A stretch of 43,339 bases of DNA from a virus. Numbering within the stretch: the stretch's first letter is position 1; the number at the start of each line of letters is the position of its first letter. The notes under the pieces were generated by a model. That model searched no databases, was not told where the DNA came from, and saw only the letters and a program-made list of their open reading frames with translations. Where the stretch lies: positions 1 through 43,339 of the IMG/VR virus record IMGVR_UViG_3300031949_000080. One strand, given 5' to 3'. Below, piece after piece: positions 1-7,202 of the stretch. The translations under genes and the position numbers were made by a program.

Positions 1-127
1 CTTTGGTGTTTAACTAAAACAGGTAATAAACAGTTATGCGTAGCTATAGCTATAGCTTTCGCTGAGGATGTATTGAATATATTTGAGAGTAAGTACCCTT
101 CAGACACTAGACCGAGAAAAGCTATAG
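1..127. repeat. Exact terminal overlap: bases 1-127 are identical to 43213-43339 (circular closure or assembly redundancy; unique length 43,212 bp)
   Basis: Direct comparison of the first and last 127 nt (ctttggtgtttaactaaaac...agaaaagctatag) shows identity. The overlap lies inside a reading frame that continues across the junction. Confidence 0.95.
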
Positions 128-609
128 AAGCAGCTACACAGTACATAGCACTAGGTAATGCTAATGCTGCTTATGCTGCTGTTGCTTATGCTACTAATGC
201 TGCTAATGCTGCTGATGCTGCTGCTGATGCTGCTGCTTATGCTGCTTATGCTGCTAATGCTGCTAATGCTGCTTATGCTGCTGATGCTGCTGATGCTGCT
301 GATGCTGCTGATGCTGCTAATGCTGCTAATGCTGCTAATGCTGCTGATGCTGCTGATGCTGCTGCTGCTGCTGCTGCTGCTGCTTATGCTGCTGCTGCTG
401 CTGCTTATGCTGCTAATGCTGCTAATGCTAATGCTGCTGCTGCTAATGCTGATGCTGCTAATGCTGCTGCTGCTAATGCTGCTGATGCTGCTGTTGCTTA
501 TGCTGCTAATGCTGCTAATGCTGCTAATGCTGCTGATGCTGCTGCTTATGCTGTTGCTTATGCTGTTGCTTACAAGCTTCGCATAATTGAAACTGTACTT
601 ACTTATTAA
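1..609 (+). CDS. 3' part of junction-spanning gene for an Ala-rich tandem-repeat protein (full gene = 43033..43212 joined to 1..609, 262 aa)
   Basis: Frame 1 is open from base 1 and is the same frame as the ATG at 43033. The track ORF 73..609 is only the part after an internal TTG. The stop is TAA at 607-609. The product has an N-terminal ~110 aa of normal complexity followed by (Ala-Ala-[Asn/Asp/Tyr])n. Confidence 0.7.
   Translation, partial: LWCLTKTGNKQLCVAIAIAFAEDVLNIFESKYPSDTRPRKAIEAATQYIALGNANAAYAAVAYATNAANAADAAADAAAYAAYAANAANAAYAADAADAADAADAANAANAANAADAADAAAAAAAAAYAAAAAAYAANAANANAAAANADAANAAAANAADAAVAYAANAANAANAADAAAYAVAYAVAYKLRIIETVLTY
157..573 (+). repeat. GCT-GCT-NAT trinucleotide/9-bp tandem array inside the junction-spanning CDS
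   Basis: Virtually every codon is GCT, AAT, GAT, TAT or GTT, and Ala is always GCT. All overlapping frames on both strands stay open (track ORFs 158..586 + and 151..654 -), as expected for low complexity. Confidence 0.95.
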
Positions 610-625
610 AGAGAGGTCAGTAATC

Positions 626-853
626 ATGCCTAACACCAAATTACAGCTTTCCACACTCAGTGATACTGTACGTATTCATACCTCAGTATCACCTTCCGGT
701 ATCATAACTCATCACACTGTACCAGTAGAGCTAACACTCGCTGACCTCATTGATGATACACTCTTAGCAGAACAACAAGAACAAGAGCAACTATTCTTGC
801 AATCTACTGTGCAAGATTTTTCGCCTCTTGACACAAACGAAGGGATAGTATAA
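626..853 (+). CDS. Hypothetical early protein (75 aa, acidic C-terminal half)
   Basis: An ATG at 626 is preceded by gagAGGTcagtaatc, 17 nt after the upstream stop. The track ORF starts earlier at an unlikely upstream codon. Confidence 0.6.
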   Translation: MPNTKLQLSTLSDTVRIHTSVSPSGIITHHTVPVELTLADLIDDTLLAEQQEQEQLFLQSTVQDFSPLDTNEGIV

Positions 854-854
854 C

Positions 855-1046
855 ATGACAAACTCAATCAATCTGACTGACTTAGAGTTTCTAGCAGTTC
901 TCTCTGGTTGGCTGGTAACTCTATTTTGTTTCTCATACTTCTGGGTAGTGATAGCTCCACTGGTTCCAGAACTATTGCATGACCTCTGGAATCGTTTTAT
1001 CTGTGATACTAAACAGGTAACAGATTGGGAGGATAATAGAGATTAG
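855..1046 (+). CDS. Small membrane protein (63 aa, one long hydrophobic segment LEFLAVLSGWLVTLFCFSYFWVVIAPLV)
   Basis: The ATG lies 1 nt after the upstream TAA. A hydrophobic helix is evident in the translation. The stop is TAG. Confidence 0.6.
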   Translation: MTNSINLTDLEFLAVLSGWLVTLFCFSYFWVVIAPLVPELLHDLWNRFICDTKQVTDWEDNRD

Positions 1047-1057
1047 TAGATATTATC

Positions 1058-1084
1058 ACTCATACTCATACTCATACTCACACT
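1058..1084. repeat. Hexanucleotide microsatellite (ACTCAT)x3 + ACTCAC + ACT in an intergenic spacer
   Basis: Read directly: actcatactcatactcatactcacact. Confidence 0.9.
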
Positions 1085-1104
1085 AATAACTTAGGAGACT
1101 AATC

Positions 1105-1320
1105 ATGACTAACAACACTAACACTGCTACAATCCATCCTGACACCTCCGGTCGTATCTATAATGTAACAGCTGACGGAGTTACAATAGACATGCTCGGT
1201 AACTGGAACACTGCATTTACTCTCATGCAAGAGCTTGGTAAACGTCTAGGGTTTCACCGAGTACGCGTACTGAGTATCAAGGATACTAGAACAGCGGCAC
1301 AGAGAGGTGGAGGTAAGTAA
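1105..1320 (+). CDS. Hypothetical early protein (71 aa)
   Basis: AGGAG lies 7 nt upstream of the ATG (cttAGGAGactaatcATG). Confidence 0.6.
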   Translation: MTNNTNTATIHPDTSGRIYNVTADGVTIDMLGNWNTAFTLMQELGKRLGFHRVRVLSIKDTRTAAQRGGGK

Positions 1321-1322
1321 TC

Positions 1323-1493
1323 ATGGCTAAATATATTATATGCCCTTGTACTGGTGAAGTACCTTTTGCAACAGATGATATACTGGAGGTTATGAACTGT
1401 GTTGTTACACAGGAATACTATGCAGTAAATTTGTCTACTATGAAACTGGTAGAAGAAGATGGTACAGATGGGGAAGATTTAAATGTAGTGTAG
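1323..1493 (+). CDS. Hypothetical small protein (56 aa, MAKYIICPCTGEVPF...), below the track length cut-off
   Basis: GGAGG lies upstream (gGGAGGtaagtaatcATG). The ATG is 2 nt after the upstream TAA. The frame is open to the TAG at 1491-1493. Confidence 0.5.
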   Translation: MAKYIICPCTGEVPFATDDILEVMNCVVTQEYYAVNLSTMKLVEEDGTDGEDLNVV

Positions 1494-1582
1494 GCTTCAC
1501 ATAGTAATCATTAAGTATCTTTAGTGATTACTGTGGGAACCCTCCCGCTATGGACACAATAGAAAGGTAAGGTAAACAGCTT

Positions 1583-2617
1583 ATGGCTCACGCTATCTGT
1601 GCTAAATCAGGCATACCATTCGATATACAATACTTCCCCTACAACTTCACAGAAGGTGAATTGCATCATCCAGTATTTGATCTTACATATGAACAACTAA
1701 CTTCCGAGCGGTTACTATCTCGCTGGTTAAATCGTTCTATGACAGAGATAGATACTAAACTGTACTTCCTGGCTCTACTGCATTCTTCAGGTCTGGTAGA
1801 GTTCACTACCTACGCTCGACCTACTCTAGCTGTTTGTGAGCTTAACATGGAAGCATTACTAGATATTCTAGGCTGGACTCATACTATCATCCATCCTCGC
1901 CTAGCGATGCCTCGCATGTGTATCTCACAAGATACAGCATCTCTTGATAATGTGCGAAATTGGATAGCTGCATGGAATTCCGCACGCTCCGACTTCGAGA
2001 ACGGGTACAAAGAACTAACACGCAATCAACTCATGATGCGTAAAGAAGATACACTGCAAAGGTTAATCAAAGATCAACAGAAAGAGTTACATGACTTCGC
2101 AGGAATACTTGCTGATTGGGCAACACTGTCAGCTGAGTTTCCTACATTCTCCACTACAGTTAACGGAGTTACTATACCTCTCTGCGATTACTGGAAGCAG
2201 ATACTTATCACCTGCTCTAAATCTCCGACCCATATTTGGCGCTTAGATGTAGATGACATGCGCGAGTTACTGGATCACCTAGAAGATAATCTGGAGCATG
2301 GCTCTATTTACGCTCATGCAGTAATGAAACTTATTCGTGATGGTATAGCAACTCATAACAACTATCTCGGATTCAGTATCATTAACTATGCAGAAGATGT
2401 ACAAGTAGCGAATCAGAAGATACTTGCAGATAATGCACCATCGCAAGAACCTAAGCTGATAGATTACCCGAATAAGATTATGTATCTGAAAGATAAGATA
2501 CGTTGGGATCAGTCACAGAAACTAGCTGCAGCATCCTCCACTGTAGTGCGAGTAACAACTACTACTGAGATAATCACACCTATAACTATAGTAGATACTG
2601 ATGTGGAGGATTTGTGA
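1583..2617 (+). CDS. Hypothetical early protein (344 aa), the largest orphan of the early arm
   Basis: Long ORF in gene-dense context. The stop TGA overlaps the next start (TGATG). I recognise no motif. Confidence 0.7.
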   Translation: MAHAICAKSGIPFDIQYFPYNFTEGELHHPVFDLTYEQLTSERLLSRWLNRSMTEIDTKLYFLALLHSSGLVEFTTYARPTLAVCELNMEALLDILGWTHTIIHPRLAMPRMCISQDTASLDNVRNWIAAWNSARSDFENGYKELTRNQLMMRKEDTLQRLIKDQQKELHDFAGILADWATLSAEFPTFSTTVNGVTIPLCDYWKQILITCSKSPTHIWRLDVDDMRELLDHLEDNLEHGSIYAHAVMKLIRDGIATHNNYLGFSIINYAEDVQVANQKILADNAPSQEPKLIDYPNKIMYLKDKIRWDQSQKLAAASSTVVRVTTTTEIITPITIVDTDVEDL

Positions 2618-2955
2618 TGCCTAAGCCAACTATCTCCGCATTAACTCTTGCTAAACAAGGACTGTCTAAATCTAAAGTACTGTCCATGTTAACTAATGAG
2701 TGGGATTTAACTACCTCACAACAAAAACTGCTTGACATACACGAATACTATGTACGTCGTTGGGAGGCATCATACATCAGAAATATTATCCGTGACGGAT
2801 TAATAACTCATGAGACAGTAACGTACGCAGTGATATACCGCTCTTGTACTCCTGCAAGCTTGAGGCTAGCTGCTGAAGTTAAGTGCAGTTTCAGAGCTTC
2901 TGGTAATGGTAACTTTGTACTCATTCAACCAATAACTAACTCCAAGGAACTCTAA
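2617..2955 (+). CDS. Hypothetical protein (112 aa) with an N-terminal helix-turn-helix-like segment (ISALTLAKQGLSKSKVLSML)
   Basis: The ATG at 2617 overlaps the upstream stop. The HTH call is by eye only. Confidence 0.5.
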   Translation: MPKPTISALTLAKQGLSKSKVLSMLTNEWDLTTSQQKLLDIHEYYVRRWEASYIRNIIRDGLITHETVTYAVIYRSCTPASLRLAAEVKCSFRASGNGNFVLIQPITNSKEL

Positions 2956-4670
2956 TGGCAATCACTCCAGAACGTTTAGCTCAATTACTAGCTGAAGCTA
3001 GAGCTAAGAAAGCTCAAGTACTAGGCACTCCACAAGAGCCTACAGTAACAGTTATTACTGCAGATGCACCAGTACTCTCTCACCTAACTCACTCTGTAGG
3101 AATGCACGGCGAAGTAATCACATACAACTCTAAACAACAAGAAGCAGTTACTCTAGGAGCTACAGGCAAGAGCTTTGTACTTCTTGGTGCAGCAGGTACA
3201 GGTAAATCTACCTCCCAACGTGGTGTAGTACAAGCTCTTATAACCGCAGGTATGGCAGGTATCATGGCAGATGATGGTCACAAGTACTTACCATCCGGAA
3301 CTCCTGGCGTAGTAGTCTGTGCGTATACTAGACGCGCGGTTAATAACATTCGCAAAGTTATGCCAGCAGATATGAAGAACAACTGTATCACCATTCACAA
3401 ACTTCTCGAATACCAACCAGTGTATTACGAAGAGTACGACGAAGAGCAAGGTAAGGATGTTAAGACTATGCGTTTTGAGGCAACTCGTAACGTAGTTCGA
3501 CCACTGTCTACCTCCATTCGTACTATCATATTTGAGGAATCCTCTATGATATCTACAGAACTATTCTCTGAGGTACTCGGAGCTATTCACCATCCAGTAC
3601 AATTCATATTCATTGGAGATATTCAACAATTACCTCCAGTGTTTGGCTCTGCAGTTCTTGGTTACAAGATGTTAGAGCTTTCAGTAGTAGAGCTTACTGA
3701 AGTTTACCGACAAGCTCTGGAATCTCCGATCATACGTCTTGCACATCACATACTCAGTGGTGTACCTATTACTGCTGAACAGTTACCTGAGTGGGAAGTA
3801 CCTAACAAACTCAAACTCCATCCATGGAAGAAGAAGCTCAGCGTAGATTTAGGTGTTCTCACTATTGCTAAGTTCTTCTCTCAAGCTATAGATACAGGAG
3901 CTTACAATTACGAAGAGGATATGATATTAATTCCCTTTAATAAGAGTTTCGGAACAGATGAAGTAAACAAGTACATCGCACAACACATCACAGCTAAGTC
4001 AGGTGCGCTGGTACATGAGATTATCGCAGGCTTCGACAAACATTACTTCGCTGTAGGTGATAGAGTTATGTATGAGAAAGAGGATGCAACTATCACAGGT
4101 ATCGCAATGAATGCAAGTTTTGTAGGAGCTAAATACCTAGCTGCATCTAATCTTCTAGATCGCTGGGGTAATTATAGGGCAGCCTCAGAAGCCTCTAGCG
4201 AACGCGCTACAAGCCACAAACCTGTAGAGCCAACCGAGGCAGATATAGATGCAATGCTAGATGCTATGAGTTTCTCTGGAGGTGATGATGAAGATAGAAC
4301 CAGACAAGCCTCGCACTCTATTACTCTACGACTGCATGAGTCCGGTGAAGAAGTTACTATAGATTCCGCCGCAGCAGTTAACAAACTAGCTCTAGGTTAT
4401 GCTATCACAGTACATAAAGCGCAAGGTTCTGAGGCTCGCAAAGTGTTTCTAATTCTTCATGAGTCTCATGCTACCATGCTGCAACGAGAGTTATTGTACA
4501 CAGCAGTAACCAGAGCTAGAGAATCACTGTACGTAATCTGCCCACCGGATGCATTTGTTAAAGGAATTACAAGACAGAAGATACTTGGTAATACTATAGC
4601 CGAAAAAGCTAAGTACTTCCAAGGGAAACAAGAGCGTAATGAGATGCAATCTAAACTTGTAACTAACTGA
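2955..4670 (+). CDS. SF1 DNA helicase, RecD/Dda-like
   Basis: Walker A LLGAAGTGKST, Walker B-like IIFEESSMIS, and C-terminal motifs ITVHKAQGSE and LLYTAVTRARESLYV typical of RecD/Dda-type SF1 helicases. Confidence 0.85.
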   Translation: MAITPERLAQLLAEARAKKAQVLGTPQEPTVTVITADAPVLSHLTHSVGMHGEVITYNSKQQEAVTLGATGKSFVLLGAAGTGKSTSQRGVVQALITAGMAGIMADDGHKYLPSGTPGVVVCAYTRRAVNNIRKVMPADMKNNCITIHKLLEYQPVYYEEYDEEQGKDVKTMRFEATRNVVRPLSTSIRTIIFEESSMISTELFSEVLGAIHHPVQFIFIGDIQQLPPVFGSAVLGYKMLELSVVELTEVYRQALESPIIRLAHHILSGVPITAEQLPEWEVPNKLKLHPWKKKLSVDLGVLTIAKFFSQAIDTGAYNYEEDMILIPFNKSFGTDEVNKYIAQHITAKSGALVHEIIAGFDKHYFAVGDRVMYEKEDATITGIAMNASFVGAKYLAASNLLDRWGNYRAASEASSERATSHKPVEPTEADIDAMLDAMSFSGGDDEDRTRQASHSITLRLHESGEEVTIDSAAAVNKLALGYAITVHKAQGSEARKVFLILHESHATMLQRELLYTAVTRARESLYVICPPDAFVKGITRQKILGNTIAEKAKYFQGKQERNEMQSKLVTN

Positions 4671-4682
4671 TAGGAGACACTG

Positions 4683-5015
4683 ATGGCTAACTTTAAACAA
4701 GACATTCTTCATGCTGTAGGTTCAGAGGTTATAGAAGCTATTGTTATTTTAAATCTTCTGGAGCCTTATGAGTACGAGTGGCGTATTTCTGAGCTGCGTG
4801 ATGCGTCTATTAAACCGTTTGTAGGTAAAATACTTACTTGGGAAGAGGCAGCCCCTCTACTAGATTACAATTATGATGACGGATTTGGTTCTATGGACTG
4901 TCATGACGTAGAGATATACACAGCTACAAATGTATATTACATTCATGAGTATGATGGGTCTACCCCCATTCGCTCTGTACCTCGCAATCCTACAGCACAC
5001 AAGCAGGAGATATAA
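4683..5015 (+). CDS. Hypothetical protein (110 aa)
   Basis: AGGAG lies 7 nt upstream (tAGGAGacactgATG). Confidence 0.6.
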   Translation: MANFKQDILHAVGSEVIEAIVILNLLEPYEYEWRISELRDASIKPFVGKILTWEEAAPLLDYNYDDGFGSMDCHDVEIYTATNVYYIHEYDGSTPIRSVPRNPTAHKQEI

Positions 5016-5019
5016 TATC

Positions 5020-5331
5020 ATGCCACAATTTCAACTCGTAACATCTAAAGCTACTCGCCCTCTAGGTAAGTTCAACTCCATAACCGATGTAGCTAAACTA
5101 CGATTCTTCAAAGATAACCCAGACTTAATGCAGTTTGTATCAGAGGTGAGGGTGACTAAGCCAATTTACCGCTCTGTACGCTGGAGAGTTATTCTCTCAG
5201 AGAGTTATTACGACCTTCTTGGGCTATACTCTAGGGAGGAGGCTGAAGCCGTACTTATGGGGCACATGCACGGAGGTACTCTAAGACTTGTACACAAGTA
5301 TGAGTATCATGAATCTGATGGTATCATCTAA
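5020..5331 (+). CDS. Hypothetical protein (103 aa)
   Basis: The internal ATG at 5020 of track ORF 4930..5331 is preceded by AGGAGA and follows the upstream stop by 4 nt. Confidence 0.6.
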   Translation: MPQFQLVTSKATRPLGKFNSITDVAKLRFFKDNPDLMQFVSEVRVTKPIYRSVRWRVILSESYYDLLGLYSREEAEAVLMGHMHGGTLRLVHKYEYHESDGII

Positions 5332-5349
5332 CGCAGAAAAAATTGGTAC

Positions 5350-5378
5350 TTGACGCCCAAACCAATCCCCTATACAAT
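5350..5378 (+). promoter_or_regulatory. Strong sigma70-type promoter: TTGACG - 17 nt - TACAAT, with an upstream A-tract
   Basis: ttgacg (5350-5355), the 17-nt spacer cccaaaccaatccccta, tacaat (5373-5378), preceded by agaaaaaatt. It sits in a 149-bp intergenic gap ahead of 5481..6113. Confidence 0.7.
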
Positions 5379-5480
5379 GCGCGTCCTGACTCAGAAAACC
5401 GAGTTAGTTATTAGCTAGTAACTTGCAACTCGTAATACTCTTACTCAACCAGTAACAACTTAACTAAAGGAACTACAATC

Positions 5481-6113
5481 ATGAACGACCAAACAACTGG
5501 CATTAACGTACCTGCTTCTCTCTCTACTTACGCAGAGAAGGAAGTTAAATTCAACTTCCGCAAGAATGCAGAACTCGGAACCAAGCGCCCCAGCGTAGCA
5601 CTTAACCTGAAGTTTCTTACACTCGCTGGTCTGGTAAACATTCTGGAGTCTGGTGATGAGAAGCAAGTTAACCTGATTCTGGAAACTCTGCAAACTCCGG
5701 TGCTGGATCAGGCACGTAACCAAGTAGATGAGAATGAAGCTATCACACAAGAGACTCTGGATAACTCCAAACTGTCTTGGGAATATATCTCTCGTCTGGA
5801 GCCTGCTGCACGTCGCGGTGGCGGCATTCCGAAAGAGACTTGGGAAGCTTATGTGCAGGACTACATCGAAGTTATGCCTGGAGTTACTGGCAAGACTGCG
5901 GAACAAGTTACTCGTGCTGCATCTCTGTTGGGTAACAAGCTCTCCAGCGTCAAGGGTAACAAGCCTGTTCTGTCCTTCTTGCGTGAAGCAATTGATCTGC
6001 ACTTCGCTAGCTCTGCTAAGTCCGAAGAGTTCGTTGATTGTTATGAGTTCTTGAAGAACAAGGCTGATGCACTGTTGCAAGCATCGGATGCAGATTTGCT
6101 GAAGAATCTGTAA
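5481..6113 (+). CDS. Abundant-looking early protein of unknown function (210 aa), a paralogue of 41049..41765
   Basis: It has its own promoter and an SD aAAGGAa. No TTA/CTA/TCA codons occur across 5481-6080 (the codon-aligned antisense frame is open). It shares EQV-x9-KLSS-x(1-4)-KPV and other blocks with the 238-aa protein. Confidence 0.85.
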   Translation: MNDQTTGINVPASLSTYAEKEVKFNFRKNAELGTKRPSVALNLKFLTLAGLVNILESGDEKQVNLILETLQTPVLDQARNQVDENEAITQETLDNSKLSWEYISRLEPAARRGGGIPKETWEAYVQDYIEVMPGVTGKTAEQVTRAASLLGNKLSSVKGNKPVLSFLREAIDLHFASSAKSEEFVDCYEFLKNKADALLQASDADLLKNL

Positions 6114-6130
6114 GTAGTAGTTCCTAGGTC

Positions 6131-6164
6131 TAGTCTGCTACAAGAGCGAAAGCTACGCAGACTA
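6131..6164 (+). terminator. Hairpin directly after the 210-aa gene (TAGTCTGC ... GCAGACTA); candidate terminator without a U-tract
   Basis: An 8-bp perfect inverted repeat with an 18-nt loop, starting 18 nt after the stop codon. Confidence 0.35.
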
Positions 6165-6171
6165 CTTCCCT

Positions 6172-6212
6172 CAGCACATTAGATGAAGTTCAAGTTGTAA
6201 TCTAGTGTGCTG
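6172..6212 (+). other. Long RNA/DNA hairpin: 13-bp stem (CAGCACATTAGAT / ATCTAGTGTGCTG, one G-U) with a 15-nt loop
   Basis: Read directly. It lies in the 298-bp non-coding gap 6114-6411. Confidence 0.6.
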
Positions 6213-6411
6213 TAAGAAGTAATAGGTAGAGAAGTAACCTTGCACTTTAGGTATTGCGCACAGAACCTTTAGCATCCCACAGTGGCCACTGCTATTAACA
6301 TGTAAGAGACCAACTTTCTGTATGTCTCAAACCAAGCTATCGTAAGCTGGAGCGGCTCACAAAGCTGCTGAAAACTCTGAAGCCAAACTACCACTATGGA
6401 GCCAACTCATT

Positions 6412-6711
6412 ATGTCTATGCAACTAGAACTACTACTCGCCACCAGTTCTCCAGCCTCTCCAACTCTCTCAGATATAATTCACGGTAACTGTTGCCGAGT
6501 TAAATCCTCAGGTAAGATACTGATGAAACTGAAACCTACAGGATTTCTGTTAAACTCCAACATCGTAGCCGATGTACTTAATCGTGGAGATTGTTTCGTA
6601 GTTGATATGGCGAAGGGTACGCTGTATGCTACCTCCGCAACTCAGGCAGTAACTCCTCTGGACTCTAAGTTACAGTACAAGGTTAAGATTGTAGAGGAGA
6701 GTGGCAAATGA
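6412..6711 (+). CDS. Hypothetical protein (99 aa)
   Basis: GGAG lies 10 nt upstream. The stop overlaps the next start (ATGA). Confidence 0.5.
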   Translation: MSMQLELLLATSSPASPTLSDIIHGNCCRVKSSGKILMKLKPTGFLLNSNIVADVLNRGDCFVVDMAKGTLYATSATQAVTPLDSKLQYKVKIVEESGK

Positions 6712-7202
6712 CCGACCTGATACAAGAAGTAGACAGCCTTGCCAAGCTGTGCGAGGAGAAGTATAAGCAAGTAGCAGAGCGTGATGCGCTGCTGAAAGAG
6801 AAGGATGCGGCGCTACGGTTAATTATGGATGATCAGCACATGGAAGAGAACCGCTATGTGTTCATCACTGCCAAAGATGCACTCTCCAAAACTTTCCCCT
6901 CCGAAGCTCTGGAGAGAGCGCTGGCAGTAGAGCGGGAGAAGTTTGCTGCTGACACAGAGACAGAGAGGGTGTTGATTGACGTATCTAACGAACGACTTCG
7001 TCAGCATAGCAAGTGGGACGGAGTATTCAGCGATGATGCTTACACGCCGCTTGACTGGCACGAAATGATCGCCGACTACAACGGCTGGGCGCGGCGTATG
7101 GCCTGCATGGGTAGCGAGGATAAGGCGAGGACTCGCTACGTGCAGATTGCCGCGCTGGCTGCTGCTGCTGTGGAAGCGTTAGATAGGAGGAGCATGAAAT
7201 GA
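6708..7202 (+). CDS. Hypothetical protein (164 aa) whose C-terminal half resembles all-alpha NTP pyrophosphohydrolase (MazG-like) phage domains
   Basis: The segment ERLRQHSKW...DD...W..MIADYNGWARRM...RYVQIAALAAAAVEALDR matches the ER-x-RQ..KW ... AALA.AA.E..DR pattern I recall for that superfamily. It is the first gene of a GC-richer block. Confidence 0.4.
   Translation: MTDLIQEVDSLAKLCEEKYKQVAERDALLKEKDAALRLIMDDQHMEENRYVFITAKDALSKTFPSEALERALAVEREKFAADTETERVLIDVSNERLRQHSKWDGVFSDDAYTPLDWHEMIADYNGWARRMACMGSEDKARTRYVQIAALAAAAVEALDRRSMK

Noticed and set aside
1-127. Treating the 127-bp identical ends as genuine direct terminal repeats of the virion DNA.
   Set aside because: The repeat lies within a coding frame, is exact, and looks like an assembler overlap. 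Physical termini cannot be inferred from it without read-level data.
157-573. The variable NAT/NNT codons (AAT, GAT, TAT, GTT, GCT) looked like the output of diversity-generating retroelement (adenine-directed) mutagenesis.
   Set aside because: I can find no reverse transcriptase gene, no template repeat copy and no accessory gene anywhere in the genome. Slippage or unequal recombination of a simple repeat explains the pattern.
151-654. Track ORFs 151..654 (-) and 158..586 (+), encoding poly-Ser/Ile and poly-Leu/Met proteins.
   Set aside because: They are alternative-frame readings of the GCT-GCT-NAT array. Any pure trinucleotide repeat is open in all frames. Only frame 1 connects to a normal N-terminal domain with a start and SD at 43033.
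5460-6080. A 206-aa antisense ORF covering the 210-aa gene, and a similar 207-aa one (41190..41813) covering its paralogue. Conservation of an antisense ORF over both paralogues looked suspicious.
   Set aside because: Both are in the exact codon register of the sense gene, so they only reflect the absence of TTA/CTA/TCA sense codons. The translations are Cys/Gln/Leu-rich with no SD or protein-like features, and the two are not similar to each other.
6172-6212. Possible tRNA, because of the GTTCAAGT T-loop-like string.
   Set aside because: The flanks form one 13-bp hairpin, not a cloverleaf. There is no acceptor or anticodon arm, and no other tRNA-like sequence is seen in the genome.
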